The translations under genes and the position numbers were made by a program. From the IMG/VR virus record IMGVR_UViG_2671180456_000007, positions 1 to 33,775 of that record: 33,775 bases of DNA. The stretch is one strand, 5' to 3'. Positions within the stretch are counted from its first letter, which is position 1. Every line of letters starts with the position of its first letter. Below the pieces are notes generated by a model, which was not told where the DNA came from, searched no databases, and worked only from the letters and a program-made list of their open reading frames with translations. Shown in pieces: positions 18,576 through 26,400 of the stretch. This DNA is from a virus. Its lineage: Duplodnaviria > Heunggongvirae > Uroviricota > Caudoviricetes.

Positions 18576-19268
18576 ATGAAAACTCCGAGAGGCATTCGTA
18601 ATAACAACCCTGGCAACCTCGACAAAGGTTCGCCGTGGCAGGGGCTAATCGACAACCCTGCCGAACCGCGCTTTTGCACGTTTAAAGACCCTGTTTGGGG
18701 GATTCGTGCGCTGGCGGTGACTCTAATTACCTACCACGACAAACGTCGCGCAAAAGACGGCTCAAGTATCGATACCATTCGTGAAGTTATTGAACGTTGG
18801 GCACCGCCGAATGAAAACAATACTGACGCCTACATTAATGAGGTGTCTAAAGCCGTTGGTGTAACCGCAGACATGATTATCGATCTGCATGATTACGACA
18901 TTCTTCGACCTTTGGTTGAGGCAATCATTCGCCATGAGAATGGGCGAGGTCCGCTAAAAACGCTGAACACCTGGTATGCGGCAGAAGTTATTGAGGAAGG
19001 TCTGCGTCGAGCTGGCGTTGTTAAGCCGGCGAAAACCGTGAAGGCTGTTCCTGTAACTAAAGAAACCGCAGGCGCAACTGTTACAGCAGGTATTGGTCTG
19101 GCGCAGCTGGCCGATGTTATGCCGCAGGTTTCCGCTGCTATGGATAAAGCACAAGGTCATATCTCTAGCGGGGATACAGTACGCATCATCTTCGGTATTG
19201 CCACTATTGTTGTGGCAGGATTCATTGCCTGGTCGCAGGTAAGAAAACACCAGAAAGGGATGGTCTAA
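18576..19268 (+). CDS. Conserved phage protein with N-terminal GIRNNNPGNL motif and C-terminal TM anchor; candidate cell-wall-acting or lysis-associated protein
   Basis: ATG at 18576 has RBS AGGAG 7 nt upstream; motif RGIRNNNPGNL near the N-terminus; C-terminal TM helix IIFGIATIVVAGFIAW. Function inferred only from context. Confidence 0.5.
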   Translation: MKTPRGIRNNNPGNLDKGSPWQGLIDNPAEPRFCTFKDPVWGIRALAVTLITYHDKRRAKDGSSIDTIREVIERWAPPNENNTDAYINEVSKAVGVTADMIIDLHDYDILRPLVEAIIRHENGRGPLKTLNTWYAAEVIEEGLRRAGVVKPAKTVKAVPVTKETAGATVTAGIGLAQLADVMPQVSAAMDKAQGHISSGDTVRIIFGIATIVVAGFIAWSQVRKHQKGMV

Positions 19269-19269
19269 T

Positions 19270-19521
19270 ATGCTAGGCAGCCTGATGACAAAGCTAAAAG
19301 TTGCTTTGATTACGCTGGCTGCCGTTCTTTTCGTTCTTGTCGGCGCTTACACGATGGGCGGGAATGCGGCGCGACGAGCAATGGAAGAGAAGGCAAAACA
19401 GGAAGACAGAAAACGACTTCAAAACACAGTGAAAGTGGTGAATGAGACGAGCAGTAAAATACGTCAGAAAGATGCTTCTGCCGTTCATCGTGAGTTGTAT
19501 GATAAGTGGGTGCGTCATTAA
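19270..19521 (+). CDS. i-spanin-like (Rz-like) small inner-membrane protein
   Basis: 83 aa; N-terminal TM helix (LKVALITLAAVLFVLVGAY) followed by a charged, probably helical domain; another gene overlaps its 3' end in a different frame. Confidence 0.45.
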   Translation: MLGSLMTKLKVALITLAAVLFVLVGAYTMGGNAARRAMEEKAKQEDRKRLQNTVKVVNETSSKIRQKDASAVHRELYDKWVRH

Positions 19522-19657
19522 GCCACAAACCACTAGCGTGTTGTTCTGCGATGGCGCTGAACCTATTTATATCAGCAATGACGATGTAATGACCGAAGAA
19601 ACCGAACGCCAAATCCTTTTTCACAATACGATGGGAGAGAGAGTTTGCGGTTGGTGA
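19442..19657 (+). CDS. Outer-membrane lipoprotein overlapping the previous gene out of frame (o-spanin Rz1-like; alternatively a Cor/Llp-like superinfection-exclusion lipoprotein)
   Basis: Lipobox-like MISGC after a hydrophobic signal segment (MLLPFIVSCMISGC); starts inside the Rz-like gene in another frame and extends beyond its stop (overlapped spanin architecture). Confidence 0.45.
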   Translation: MRRAVKYVRKMLLPFIVSCMISGCVIKPQTTSVLFCDGAEPIYISNDDVMTEETERQILFHNTMGERVCGW

Positions 19658-19666
19658 TGTCGAAGT

Positions 19667-19684
19667 TCCCCTCAAATGAGGGGG
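19667..19684. terminator. Hairpin between convergent genes (stem TCCCCTC/GAGGGGA, loop AAAT); probable bidirectional terminator
   Basis: 7-bp GC-rich inverted repeat between the lipoprotein gene (+) and the GNAT toxin gene (-). Confidence 0.4.
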
Positions 19685-19689
19685 ACACA

Positions 19690-20211
19690 TTATTCTTCGA
19701 ACAATTTTTCGATAGATTTTGTAGAATAGAACAAAGAACGCTCGTTGTTACCAACCAGCTGGATAAAGCCCAAACTTTTATAAAACGCCCTGGCTTTATC
19801 GTTCAACGCCTCAACGAAAAGCCCATGAATGCCTACCGCAAGAGATGCATTGTACACAACACGCATTGCGTGAGTTACAAGCATTGAGCCAAGCCCCTGA
19901 CCTTGAAGAGATTTGTCCAAAGCCAGTCTGCCTAAAGTGATACTTGGGACATTCCGATAAGGCACTTTCTTTTGCTGACTCTTTGAAGGTAAGGTTTCTT
20001 TCTCAAAGCAGCTGCCTGACAAAGTGTAATAACCTAATACCTTTGGTATTTCTTCTTTAGTGCAAAGCACATAAGCGCGAAGAATTTTTCCTTCATGCTG
20101 TCTTTTTAAGTGGTTGGTCAAAAATGCGTTTAGTGACTCTTCGCCGCAATCAAAACCGTTTAGATCATAATCGTTCTCTCCAGAGAAAATCTCGATCGTC
20201 GTATTGCTCAC
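19690..20211 (-). CDS. GNAT-family acetyltransferase toxin (TacT/AtaT/KacT-like, tRNA-acetylating type)
   Basis: 173-aa ORF; acetyl-CoA-binding motif region GRLALDKSLQGQGLG; immediately downstream of, and co-directional with, a DUF1778-like antitoxin gene. Confidence 0.8.
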   Translation of the reverse strand: MSNTTIEIFSGENDYDLNGFDCGEESLNAFLTNHLKRQHEGKILRAYVLCTKEEIPKVLGYYTLSGSCFEKETLPSKSQQKKVPYRNVPSITLGRLALDKSLQGQGLGSMLVTHAMRVVYNASLAVGIHGLFVEALNDKARAFYKSLGFIQLVGNNERSLFYSTKSIEKLFEE

Positions 20212-20218
20212 GAGTAAA

Positions 20219-20488
20219 TTACTCCATGCTTTTCAGACGATTGGCAGCTCGTTTCAGCTTGTCGTTCGGTGCTGGAGGATTGCTTATAGCATCCATAACC
20301 AGATTCCAGGACTCTTCACTTAGAACCAGTCTACGGTGTTGCTCTATCACCTTCACGGCACGTTCGGATGCACTGCTAACCATGAACTGGGTAATGCTCT
20401 GGTTAGACATTGCGGCAGCTTCCTCGATGATGCTTTTATCGTCATCGGTTAATCTCAAATCGATGCGCTGCTTTTTCAGTGCGGACAT
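20219..20488 (-). CDS. DUF1778-family antitoxin (TacA/AtaR/KacA-like, ribbon-helix-helix)
   Basis: 89-aa ORF MSALKKQRIDLRLTDDDKSIIEEAAAMSNQSITQFMVSSASERA...; RHH-like N-terminus; 7-nt gap to the toxin gene. Confidence 0.8.
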   Translation of the reverse strand: MSALKKQRIDLRLTDDDKSIIEEAAAMSNQSITQFMVSSASERAVKVIEQHRRLVLSEESWNLVMDAISNPPAPNDKLKRAANRLKSME

Positions 20489-20543
20489 GTGTACCCCCTG
20501 ATGGCCGGTGATGTAGGAAGGCCATCATTGCTCTCTATTTAAA

Positions 20544-20637
20544 CTGAGTTTTCGACTCAAAGGTTATTTAACTGGGCTATAGCCCATTGCGTATGTGTCA
20601 TCAAATTGTGTACGGCAATTTACCGTACTCGTAATAT
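20544..20637. promoter_or_regulatory. Cluster of short palindromes in the parA/toxin-antitoxin divergent region (GGGCTATAGCCC at 20573-20584; GTACGG-N7-CCGTAC at 20619-20637; TGAGT-N5-ACTCA at 20544-20558): candidate operators or centromere-like sites
   Basis: Perfect inverted repeats read directly in the 320-bp AT-rich spacer between the divergent antitoxin and parA genes. Confidence 0.35.
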
Positions 20638-20807
20638 AGAGATGATTGTCACTTTTTTCAACAGACAAATGAAAACAGTTACTAGCAATAGGCAATAACA
20701 ACCTACTAAATAACCTTTACACCGCAGCCGTAGGCATTTAGGCTATATCACATATAAGAAAACAAGTTGTTTCAGACGATAATTATATACGCAAAGGGAA
20801 CTCTCCA

Positions 20808-21476
20808 ATGACCAAGATCTTTGTGGTTGGCGGCACAAAGGGCGGGCCTGGCAAATCCACTGTTGCCCAGCAAATTGCCGTTTGCCTGAAAGTCAAAAAG
20901 AAGAAGAAGGTTTATATCACTGATATAGATATTCAGCGCACGACAACAAGCTGGTGTGAAGACCGTAGACAGAACGAAGACCTTGAGCTGATTCCTTTTG
21001 CATACGTTCAGGATGACATCATTAAGCACCTAAAATCGCTTCAGGGTAGAGCTGAGTTTGTAGTGGTAGATGCTGGTGGCTTTGACTCCGAAATTCAGCG
21101 ACAAGCGATGCTGATGGCCGACGTTATCATTATCCCGCTTCGTCCTAAGCGTCGTGATTTGAAATCTCTGCGTGACATCGATCCTATTATCGACAATGTT
21201 CGTAATGTAAACGATAAAGTGAAGGTCCGCGCGGTCATGAACCAGTGCCCGGCTTTGCCATCACAAGTGTCTCGCATTCTGGCGGCTAAAGAGATTGTTG
21301 AGACGTTTGGCATCGAGTCTGCGCCAGTCAATCTATATAACCGCAACGTCTACGATGATGCGGAAGAGTCTGGTCGTTCTATCTTTGAAATGACCGGTAG
21401 CGAGCGCGACAAAAAGGCGGAAGCCGAGTTTGAAGAATTTGTAGATTATCTGTTGAGTCTGGAGGAAGAAGAATAA
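20808..21476 (+). CDS. parA: ParA/Soj-family partition ATPase (small, type Ib-like)
   Basis: 222 aa; deviant Walker A motif GGTKGGPGKST near the N-terminus; followed by a small RHH-like protein gene overlapping by 1 nt. Confidence 0.85.
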   Translation: MTKIFVVGGTKGGPGKSTVAQQIAVCLKVKKKKKVYITDIDIQRTTTSWCEDRRQNEDLELIPFAYVQDDIIKHLKSLQGRAEFVVVDAGGFDSEIQRQAMLMADVIIIPLRPKRRDLKSLRDIDPIIDNVRNVNDKVKVRAVMNQCPALPSQVSRILAAKEIVETFGIESAPVNLYNRNVYDDAEESGRSIFEMTGSERDKKAEAEFEEFVDYLLSLEEEE

Positions 21477-21835
21477 TGTCCATGAAAATGGGTGACCTAG
21501 CAAAGCGCAAAGAGCCTGATGCACCGGCCAAGAACACAACTCCTTTGCGCCAACCAGTCAGACCACAGGGACGCCCGACTCGTGGCAAAGAGAAAATTAA
21601 AAGCCGCACAATGTCACTGGAGGACGAATACTTCGAACTGCTGGAGATGATGAAGTTCATCCCTCGCTTCGAGAAGTTCACTCGTTCTGACGTGATTCGT
21701 GCTGCTATTTTCCATCTGGCAGAGAAGTCACCGCAGGAAATCGAGGACATCGTGAAATTGAATGAGGCGATCACCGCTGCCGATGTCACGATGCGTACCG
21801 ATGAAATCAAACGAGAGTTGATGAAGAAAGGTTAA
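21476..21835 (+). CDS. Small ParG-like centromere-binding protein (basic disordered N-terminal tail plus ribbon-helix-helix-like C-terminus)
   Basis: 119 aa; Lys/Arg/Pro-rich N-terminal 45 aa then ...KSRTMSLEDEYFELLEMM...RSDVIRAAIFHLA; TAATG coupling to parA. Confidence 0.55.
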   Translation: MSMKMGDLAKRKEPDAPAKNTTPLRQPVRPQGRPTRGKEKIKSRTMSLEDEYFELLEMMKFIPRFEKFTRSDVIRAAIFHLAEKSPQEIEDIVKLNEAITAADVTMRTDEIKRELMKKG

Positions 21836-21838
21836 AAA

Positions 21839-21873
21839 TTATGCATTGGCGCAATGTACGCGCCAATGCATAA
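21839..21873. terminator. Bidirectional terminator hairpin between convergent genes (14-bp stem TTATGCATTGGCGC/GCGCCAATGCATAA, loop AATGTAC)
   Basis: Perfect 14-bp inverted repeat located between the parG-like stop (21835) and the GIY-YIG gene stop (21888). Confidence 0.6.
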
Positions 21874-21887
21874 CTACAGTGTCAGCT

Positions 21888-22655
21888 TTATGCCGCGCTA
21901 ACACTATGTTCAGTCCTAACCACCCCAACCTTCACAAAAGGGCTACCGTAGCTTGGTGGCTTCTTGATTAATTTGCCTACATACAGTTTTCTAATATGCT
22001 CATCGGCTATTCTGCCAACAAATTCATAACGTTTTGTGTCGGGGCCAAGAGCTATATCCCTTGTAAAGTACTGCTGAGAACCGGCTTTGACCCAGCATTC
22101 AATCTGATAAACTTCCATTATTAGCCCACCATATGTAGAGTAGGCATATTTGAGATTCTCGTCTCTTGGAACCTTTGCCCATACGCCACGCGTAGCTTCA
22201 TATAATGCCAGAGCGGACATTCCTGACTTGTAGGTGCTGTTTAGCAGGAAGGCAAGACCGGCGTGCTCAGGAGCAATTTCAGTTTCCTCTTGCAGCACTA
22301 AGTGATGGTAGGCGTCCAGTGATATTCTGCCCATCATGGAACCACTTCCTCGTACCTTATTCGTAAGCTCTCCGACCCCCATAAGGTCGATGCATGTCGC
22401 CTCAACAAGTTTGGCTGTGGTTTCATCCATACCATGACGAAGTATATCTATGCCTAATTTTTTATTAGCCAAAAGTTCTTTGATCCGCATGGATTTGGGA
22501 GAGTCATCGGGATACTTGATGTGATCGAGACAACGAGTCGATTTGCCTTTTCCTATGTAAAACGGTCTTTTCATCTTGTCTTCTGTATCATAGAGACAGT
22601 AAACATAGTATTTAGCCTTATCCAATGATCTCGCGTATACCGATAAATCGTCCAT
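21888..22655 (-). CDS. GIY-YIG-family nuclease with a ~150-aa C-terminal domain of unknown function (stand-alone, opposite strand)
   Basis: 255 aa; N-terminal motifs KYYVYCLYD ... PFYIGKGKSTRCLDH match the GIY ... YIG ... R ... H pattern of GIY-YIG nucleases; the C-terminal domain (…WAKVPRDENLKYAYSTYGGLIMEVYQIECWVKAG…) was not recognised. Confidence 0.7.
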   Translation of the reverse strand: MDDLSVYARSLDKAKYYVYCLYDTEDKMKRPFYIGKGKSTRCLDHIKYPDDSPKSMRIKELLANKKLGIDILRHGMDETTAKLVEATCIDLMGVGELTNKVRGSGSMMGRISLDAYHHLVLQEETEIAPEHAGLAFLLNSTYKSGMSALALYEATRGVWAKVPRDENLKYAYSTYGGLIMEVYQIECWVKAGSQQYFTRDIALGPDTKRYEFVGRIADEHIRKLYVGKLIKKPPSYGSPFVKVGVVRTEHSVSAA

Positions 22656-22766
22656 TATTGCATCTCTTTGCTACTGACTAATGCGTTCTATTTTACACAT
22701 AAGTTTTTAATCAATTTAACAGGCTCAAAGTGTAGAGCTTCTGGGCGTCTAAGACGACAAGTTATG

Positions 22767-22821
22767 CCTGCTTCTGTATATATAAATAATAAGTAACTTA
22801 TTAAATATATACGGAAGCAGG
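22767..22821. repeat. Nested near-perfect palindrome (17-bp arms CCTGCTTCTGTATATAT / ATATATACGGAAGCAGG around a palindromic 21-nt AT-rich core); candidate operator, origin or cruciform
   Basis: Arms at 22767-22783 and 22805-22821 with one mismatch; the core AATAAGTAACTTATT is itself palindromic; lies in a divergent intergenic region. Confidence 0.5.
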
Positions 22822-22937
22822 TCTTTTAAAAGACACCACCAGAACAACTCCCTTCCGTTTCCACTTCCAAAAACTGCCACCAGTCGCTATCATCCGCTCA
22901 TCGTGATAAGTAAGTAACTACCTACCAGGTGAGCCAC

Positions 22938-23678
22938 ATGAGCCAGATCTTTTTCGATACCATCGACAACGACCAGTACGACTTCATGACAGAGTGGAAT
23001 ACCGCTGTTATGGACAAGTGGGTCGCTGAAAACATTGGTTTGTCGCGCTGTAAAGACGAGGCTGAACTCTTCGAGACGAAGTGGTTTGATTACCGCGACA
23101 TGCATCCTCTCATGGCCACCTGTCTTTTTACGGAGGCATACAAACGTCAGTACTCAAATATCATGCTGACGCACGGTCGCGAACACTTTGAAACAGCTCC
23201 GTTCACCACCGGGTTAAAACGTCTGCCTTATCAGGAGTTGTCGACTGCCAACAAAACGTCGCTATGGAAAGCACGCCAGTTTGCGGATCGCTATTGCTGC
23301 TCATACGACTACTTTATCTCCACCGTTCTTTCCGCAGCTGCACGACGACTGTGGGACAAGCTGCCGCGTCCGCAGCATTTGTGGCAGCCAGAACTGATTG
23401 AGATATTCGAAGAGAAATTAGCCAGACGCGCAACAACCCGTCTGGATGACTCTCTGGTTAGCTTTAAGCATATGGGAGACATGCAGTTCAACCCGATTCA
23501 GGAAAGCTATTTTGAGTGGATTCTGGAGCGTTTGCGCACCATCCCCCGCAGCAAGCGCATACGCGCAATTTTCTCCGCTATCTGGCTAATGGAAATCGTT
23601 CCAGAGCGCCTTATTTCCGCCCACTTTCCAGAAGAACTGGAAGAAGCACGGCGGTTTATTGATCCCCTATCTAATTAA
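22938..23678 (+). CDS. Hypothetical protein, first gene of the replication module (possible helicase loader or accessory factor)
   Basis: ATG at 22938 with RBS AGGTGA upstream (the ORF-finder start at 22929 is a GTG); 247 aa, no recognisable motif; immediately upstream of the helicase gene. Confidence 0.6.
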   Translation: MSQIFFDTIDNDQYDFMTEWNTAVMDKWVAENIGLSRCKDEAELFETKWFDYRDMHPLMATCLFTEAYKRQYSNIMLTHGREHFETAPFTTGLKRLPYQELSTANKTSLWKARQFADRYCCSYDYFISTVLSAAARRLWDKLPRPQHLWQPELIEIFEEKLARRATTRLDDSLVSFKHMGDMQFNPIQESYFEWILERLRTIPRSKRIRAIFSAIWLMEIVPERLISAHFPEELEEARRFIDPLSN

Positions 23679-23721
23679 CTAATACTAGAAAACAATTTGT
23701 TTAAAAAACAAAGGAAAGCAC

Positions 23722-25062
23722 ATGACCGAACTTTGCCATACAGGACGCGGGCTGTCCGAAGAGTTTGATGAAGATTTTCAGAACAGATTGACGGCCTATT
23801 TTTGTCGTGATCACGAGTTTCTTACTCGTGCGGGAGATCTGGTTGTACCTAGCCAATTTGCCAATGCGGCCAATGCCATATTGGTTAATATGGTTTCGGG
23901 CTATTACCGTATGTACAAGAGCGCGCCCTCTTCATCTGCGATTCTGGATATGCTTAAGCGTGCGAAACGCGATAAGACTATCCGTGAGGAACTATTCGCC
24001 GATGTTGTTGCTGCGTTTAAGCGCATCCTTGCAGAAAAATTGTCTGATACCTCGTACATGGTTGACCAGGTATCAACCTTCGCAAAAAGCGTAGCGTTTG
24101 ATGATGCTCTGATTAAGGCTGCTGAACTGAAAGAGAAGGGCGACTTTCAGGGGGCGATGGCAATCATGGCCAAGGTTCAGCAGATTGGATCGAACGAAGC
24201 GACCGGAATCTATGACTACTACACCTCCGCAAGTGAGCGATTGAAAGCGCGTGAATATGAGGCTTCAGAGGAGTATGTGCCAAACAGCATTACAACTGGA
24301 CTCCCTCTGCTCGATAGGTTGCTGTACCAAAAAGGCTGGGCGAAGCGTGAAATGGTGCTCTTCATGGGGTTCGCTAAATCCGGTAAATCGACCGCAATGG
24401 GTGAGTTTTCCATAAACGCAACGCTTGCTGGCTACAATGTTCTGTATCTCTCGCTGGAGGTTCACACCACCATTTTATCCGACCGTTTTGATGCAAGATT
24501 GTCGGAGACAGAAATGTCCAAGCTGGTGGAACGGCGCGATGAGGTTCATCGTAAGTTGGCAGAGTTGGGAGCCACGAAGGGGATTGGTAGTTTGTGGGTT
24601 GTTGAGCGTCCGTCAGGAAGTATGTCACCGGCAGATCTGGATCGTATGCTTAACAGCATGAAAGCCAATGGCATGGTGCCTGACATGGTTGTTGTCGACT
24701 ATGCAGATTTGATGCGTGCCAGTTATGACCTTCGTGATGATCGCGCCAACATACGTAGTATCTATACCGACTTACGTGCTCTTTATGACAAACACAACGT
24801 TGCTGGTATCACGGCATCGCAGACAAACCGTGAAGGTGGCGCGTCAGAAGTTGCCACAATGATGCACGCTGCCGACAACATCGAAAAAGTACGTATTGCT
24901 GACCTGGTAATAACGATCAACAAAACAGAAGAAGAAGAAGCGAAAGGAGAGGCTCGTCTCTACTTTGCTGGTTCACGTAACCAGCAGGGAGGGATCAGCA
25001 TTCGCGTTAAACAAAACCTCGAACAAATGCGCTTCATTGAGCGAATCTTAGACGTTACCTAA
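23722..25062 (+). CDS. DnaB-like replicative DNA helicase
   Basis: 446 aa; Walker A GFAKSGKST, Walker B-like VVVDYADLM, and a RecA-fold C-terminal domain with ...GITASQTNREG...; RBS AAGGAAAG. Confidence 0.85.
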   Translation: MTELCHTGRGLSEEFDEDFQNRLTAYFCRDHEFLTRAGDLVVPSQFANAANAILVNMVSGYYRMYKSAPSSSAILDMLKRAKRDKTIREELFADVVAAFKRILAEKLSDTSYMVDQVSTFAKSVAFDDALIKAAELKEKGDFQGAMAIMAKVQQIGSNEATGIYDYYTSASERLKAREYEASEEYVPNSITTGLPLLDRLLYQKGWAKREMVLFMGFAKSGKSTAMGEFSINATLAGYNVLYLSLEVHTTILSDRFDARLSETEMSKLVERRDEVHRKLAELGATKGIGSLWVVERPSGSMSPADLDRMLNSMKANGMVPDMVVVDYADLMRASYDLRDDRANIRSIYTDLRALYDKHNVAGITASQTNREGGASEVATMMHAADNIEKVRIADLVITINKTEEEEAKGEARLYFAGSRNQQGGISIRVKQNLEQMRFIERILDVT

Positions 25063-25068
25063 AAAATA

Positions 25069-25091
25069 AGCGTGGAGAACACCTCCACGCT
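25069..25091 (+). other. Hairpin (9-bp stem AGCGTGGAG/CTCCACGCT, loop AACAC) between helicase and primase genes; possible attenuator or RNA processing/stability element
   Basis: Perfect inverted repeat 7 nt after the helicase stop; no clear T tract follows. Confidence 0.35.
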
Positions 25092-25143
25092 TGATTCATT
25101 GGTGAAACAACTTTTCTTTTGCCAAACCACAAAAGAAAAACAC

Positions 25144-26325
25144 ATGAGCCTTTATGTTATATCAACATTTAGGTTGGTCACAATATTGCCTGTTAAAAGT
25201 GGAATTATCGTGAGCGAGCTGAAAGAGCTAATTACCGAATTAGATTTTGAACAATGGTTGGATACTGAAGGTATCGTTTATCGACGTGGAGGCGTGAGTA
25301 CTCGCGGTCGTGAAGTGAATATCAAGGAGTGTCCGGTATGTGGCAGCTCCAACTGGAAGGTATATTTCAATCTGACCAGTGGCGTCGGTAAATGCTTCGC
25401 TGGTGATCATCCCGAAGAGATTCAGTTCAATAAGCTGGTCTTCCTCAAGCACTACAGCGGCAAATCACGACGACAGTTCGAGGAATATGTGCAGAACGCC
25501 CTTCTTTCCCAGGGGTGGGCACCAAAGAAAGAAGAGATAGTGCTTGCAAGCACAGTCGAGTTAGAGGGACCACTTGCACTCCCTCGTCATTACGAACTTC
25601 CTATAGATGGCCGTCTTCCAGACTATCTGGTTGAACGAAACATATCGCCTGAAATGGCAAAGTATTTTGACCTACGATACTGCGTCGAAGGCAAGCACGC
25701 TTATGTAGATCCGTATACAGATCAGGTTAAAGGACAGATATTCGATATGCGAATACTGATACCGGTTTACGATCTGGATGGGGTAATGAAGACATTTCAG
25801 GGGCGAGACATTACCGGTACAGCAGAACGCCGCTACCTCTTTCCTATGCAGCTTCCAGCTTCAGGTAAGTTTCTCTACAACGGCCATAATGCGGTCGGCA
25901 AACAGACTGTAGTTGTCTGTGAGGGGGCGTTCGATGTTATGGGAGTTAAACGAGCTATTTTTGATGAAGAAACATTACGTGATTACGTGGAACCGATAGG
26001 AACGTTCGGGATGCATCTATCTGGTAACACCACTCAGGATGCAGAAGATCAGTTGGGCGCGTTCCTGACGCTCAAGGCGCGTGGATTACGTAATGTGATC
26101 ATGATGTGGGATAGTGAAAAGCAAGCTATACGCAACACTATGGCCGCAGCCAGGCGACTGACCAGTATTGGTCTTAATGTCAAAGTAGCATGTTTGGGCG
26201 AGGAAGGACTCGACCCAGGCGATGCAACGCCAGAACAAATTATCAAAGCCTATTATCGGGCAAAACCGTATACCAAACAGTTGGAGTTGCAAAGCAAGGT
26301 TTTGGGCATTAAGGCGCTATCGTAA
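25144..26325 (+). CDS. DNA primase (T7 gp4-like zinc ribbon plus TOPRIM domain), encoded separately from the helicase
   Basis: Zinc-ribbon motif ECPVCGSSNWKVYFNLTSGVGKCFAGDH; TOPRIM-like acidic motifs (VVVCEGAFDVMGV, MMWDSEKQ). The start is uncertain: the ORF-finder start at 25072 lies inside the upstream hairpin; candidate starts are ATG 25144 or GTG 25210. Confidence 0.7.
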   Translation: MSLYVISTFRLVTILPVKSGIIVSELKELITELDFEQWLDTEGIVYRRGGVSTRGREVNIKECPVCGSSNWKVYFNLTSGVGKCFAGDHPEEIQFNKLVFLKHYSGKSRRQFEEYVQNALLSQGWAPKKEEIVLASTVELEGPLALPRHYELPIDGRLPDYLVERNISPEMAKYFDLRYCVEGKHAYVDPYTDQVKGQIFDMRILIPVYDLDGVMKTFQGRDITGTAERRYLFPMQLPASGKFLYNGHNAVGKQTVVVCEGAFDVMGVKRAIFDEETLRDYVEPIGTFGMHLSGNTTQDAEDQLGAFLTLKARGLRNVIMMWDSEKQAIRNTMAAARRLTSIGLNVKVACLGEEGLDPGDATPEQIIKAYYRAKPYTKQLELQSKVLGIKALS

Positions 26326-26400
26326 CAAGTGCCGCTAAAATAAGTAGATGATTACTTATCTTTCTGTAAGAATACTTTCATCTGTTAGCTAGGAGTTGGT

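Noticed and set aside
25072-25143. ORF-finder start of the primase at 25072
   Set aside because: That start lies inside the 9-bp hairpin directly after the helicase stop and has no RBS; a downstream start is more plausible.
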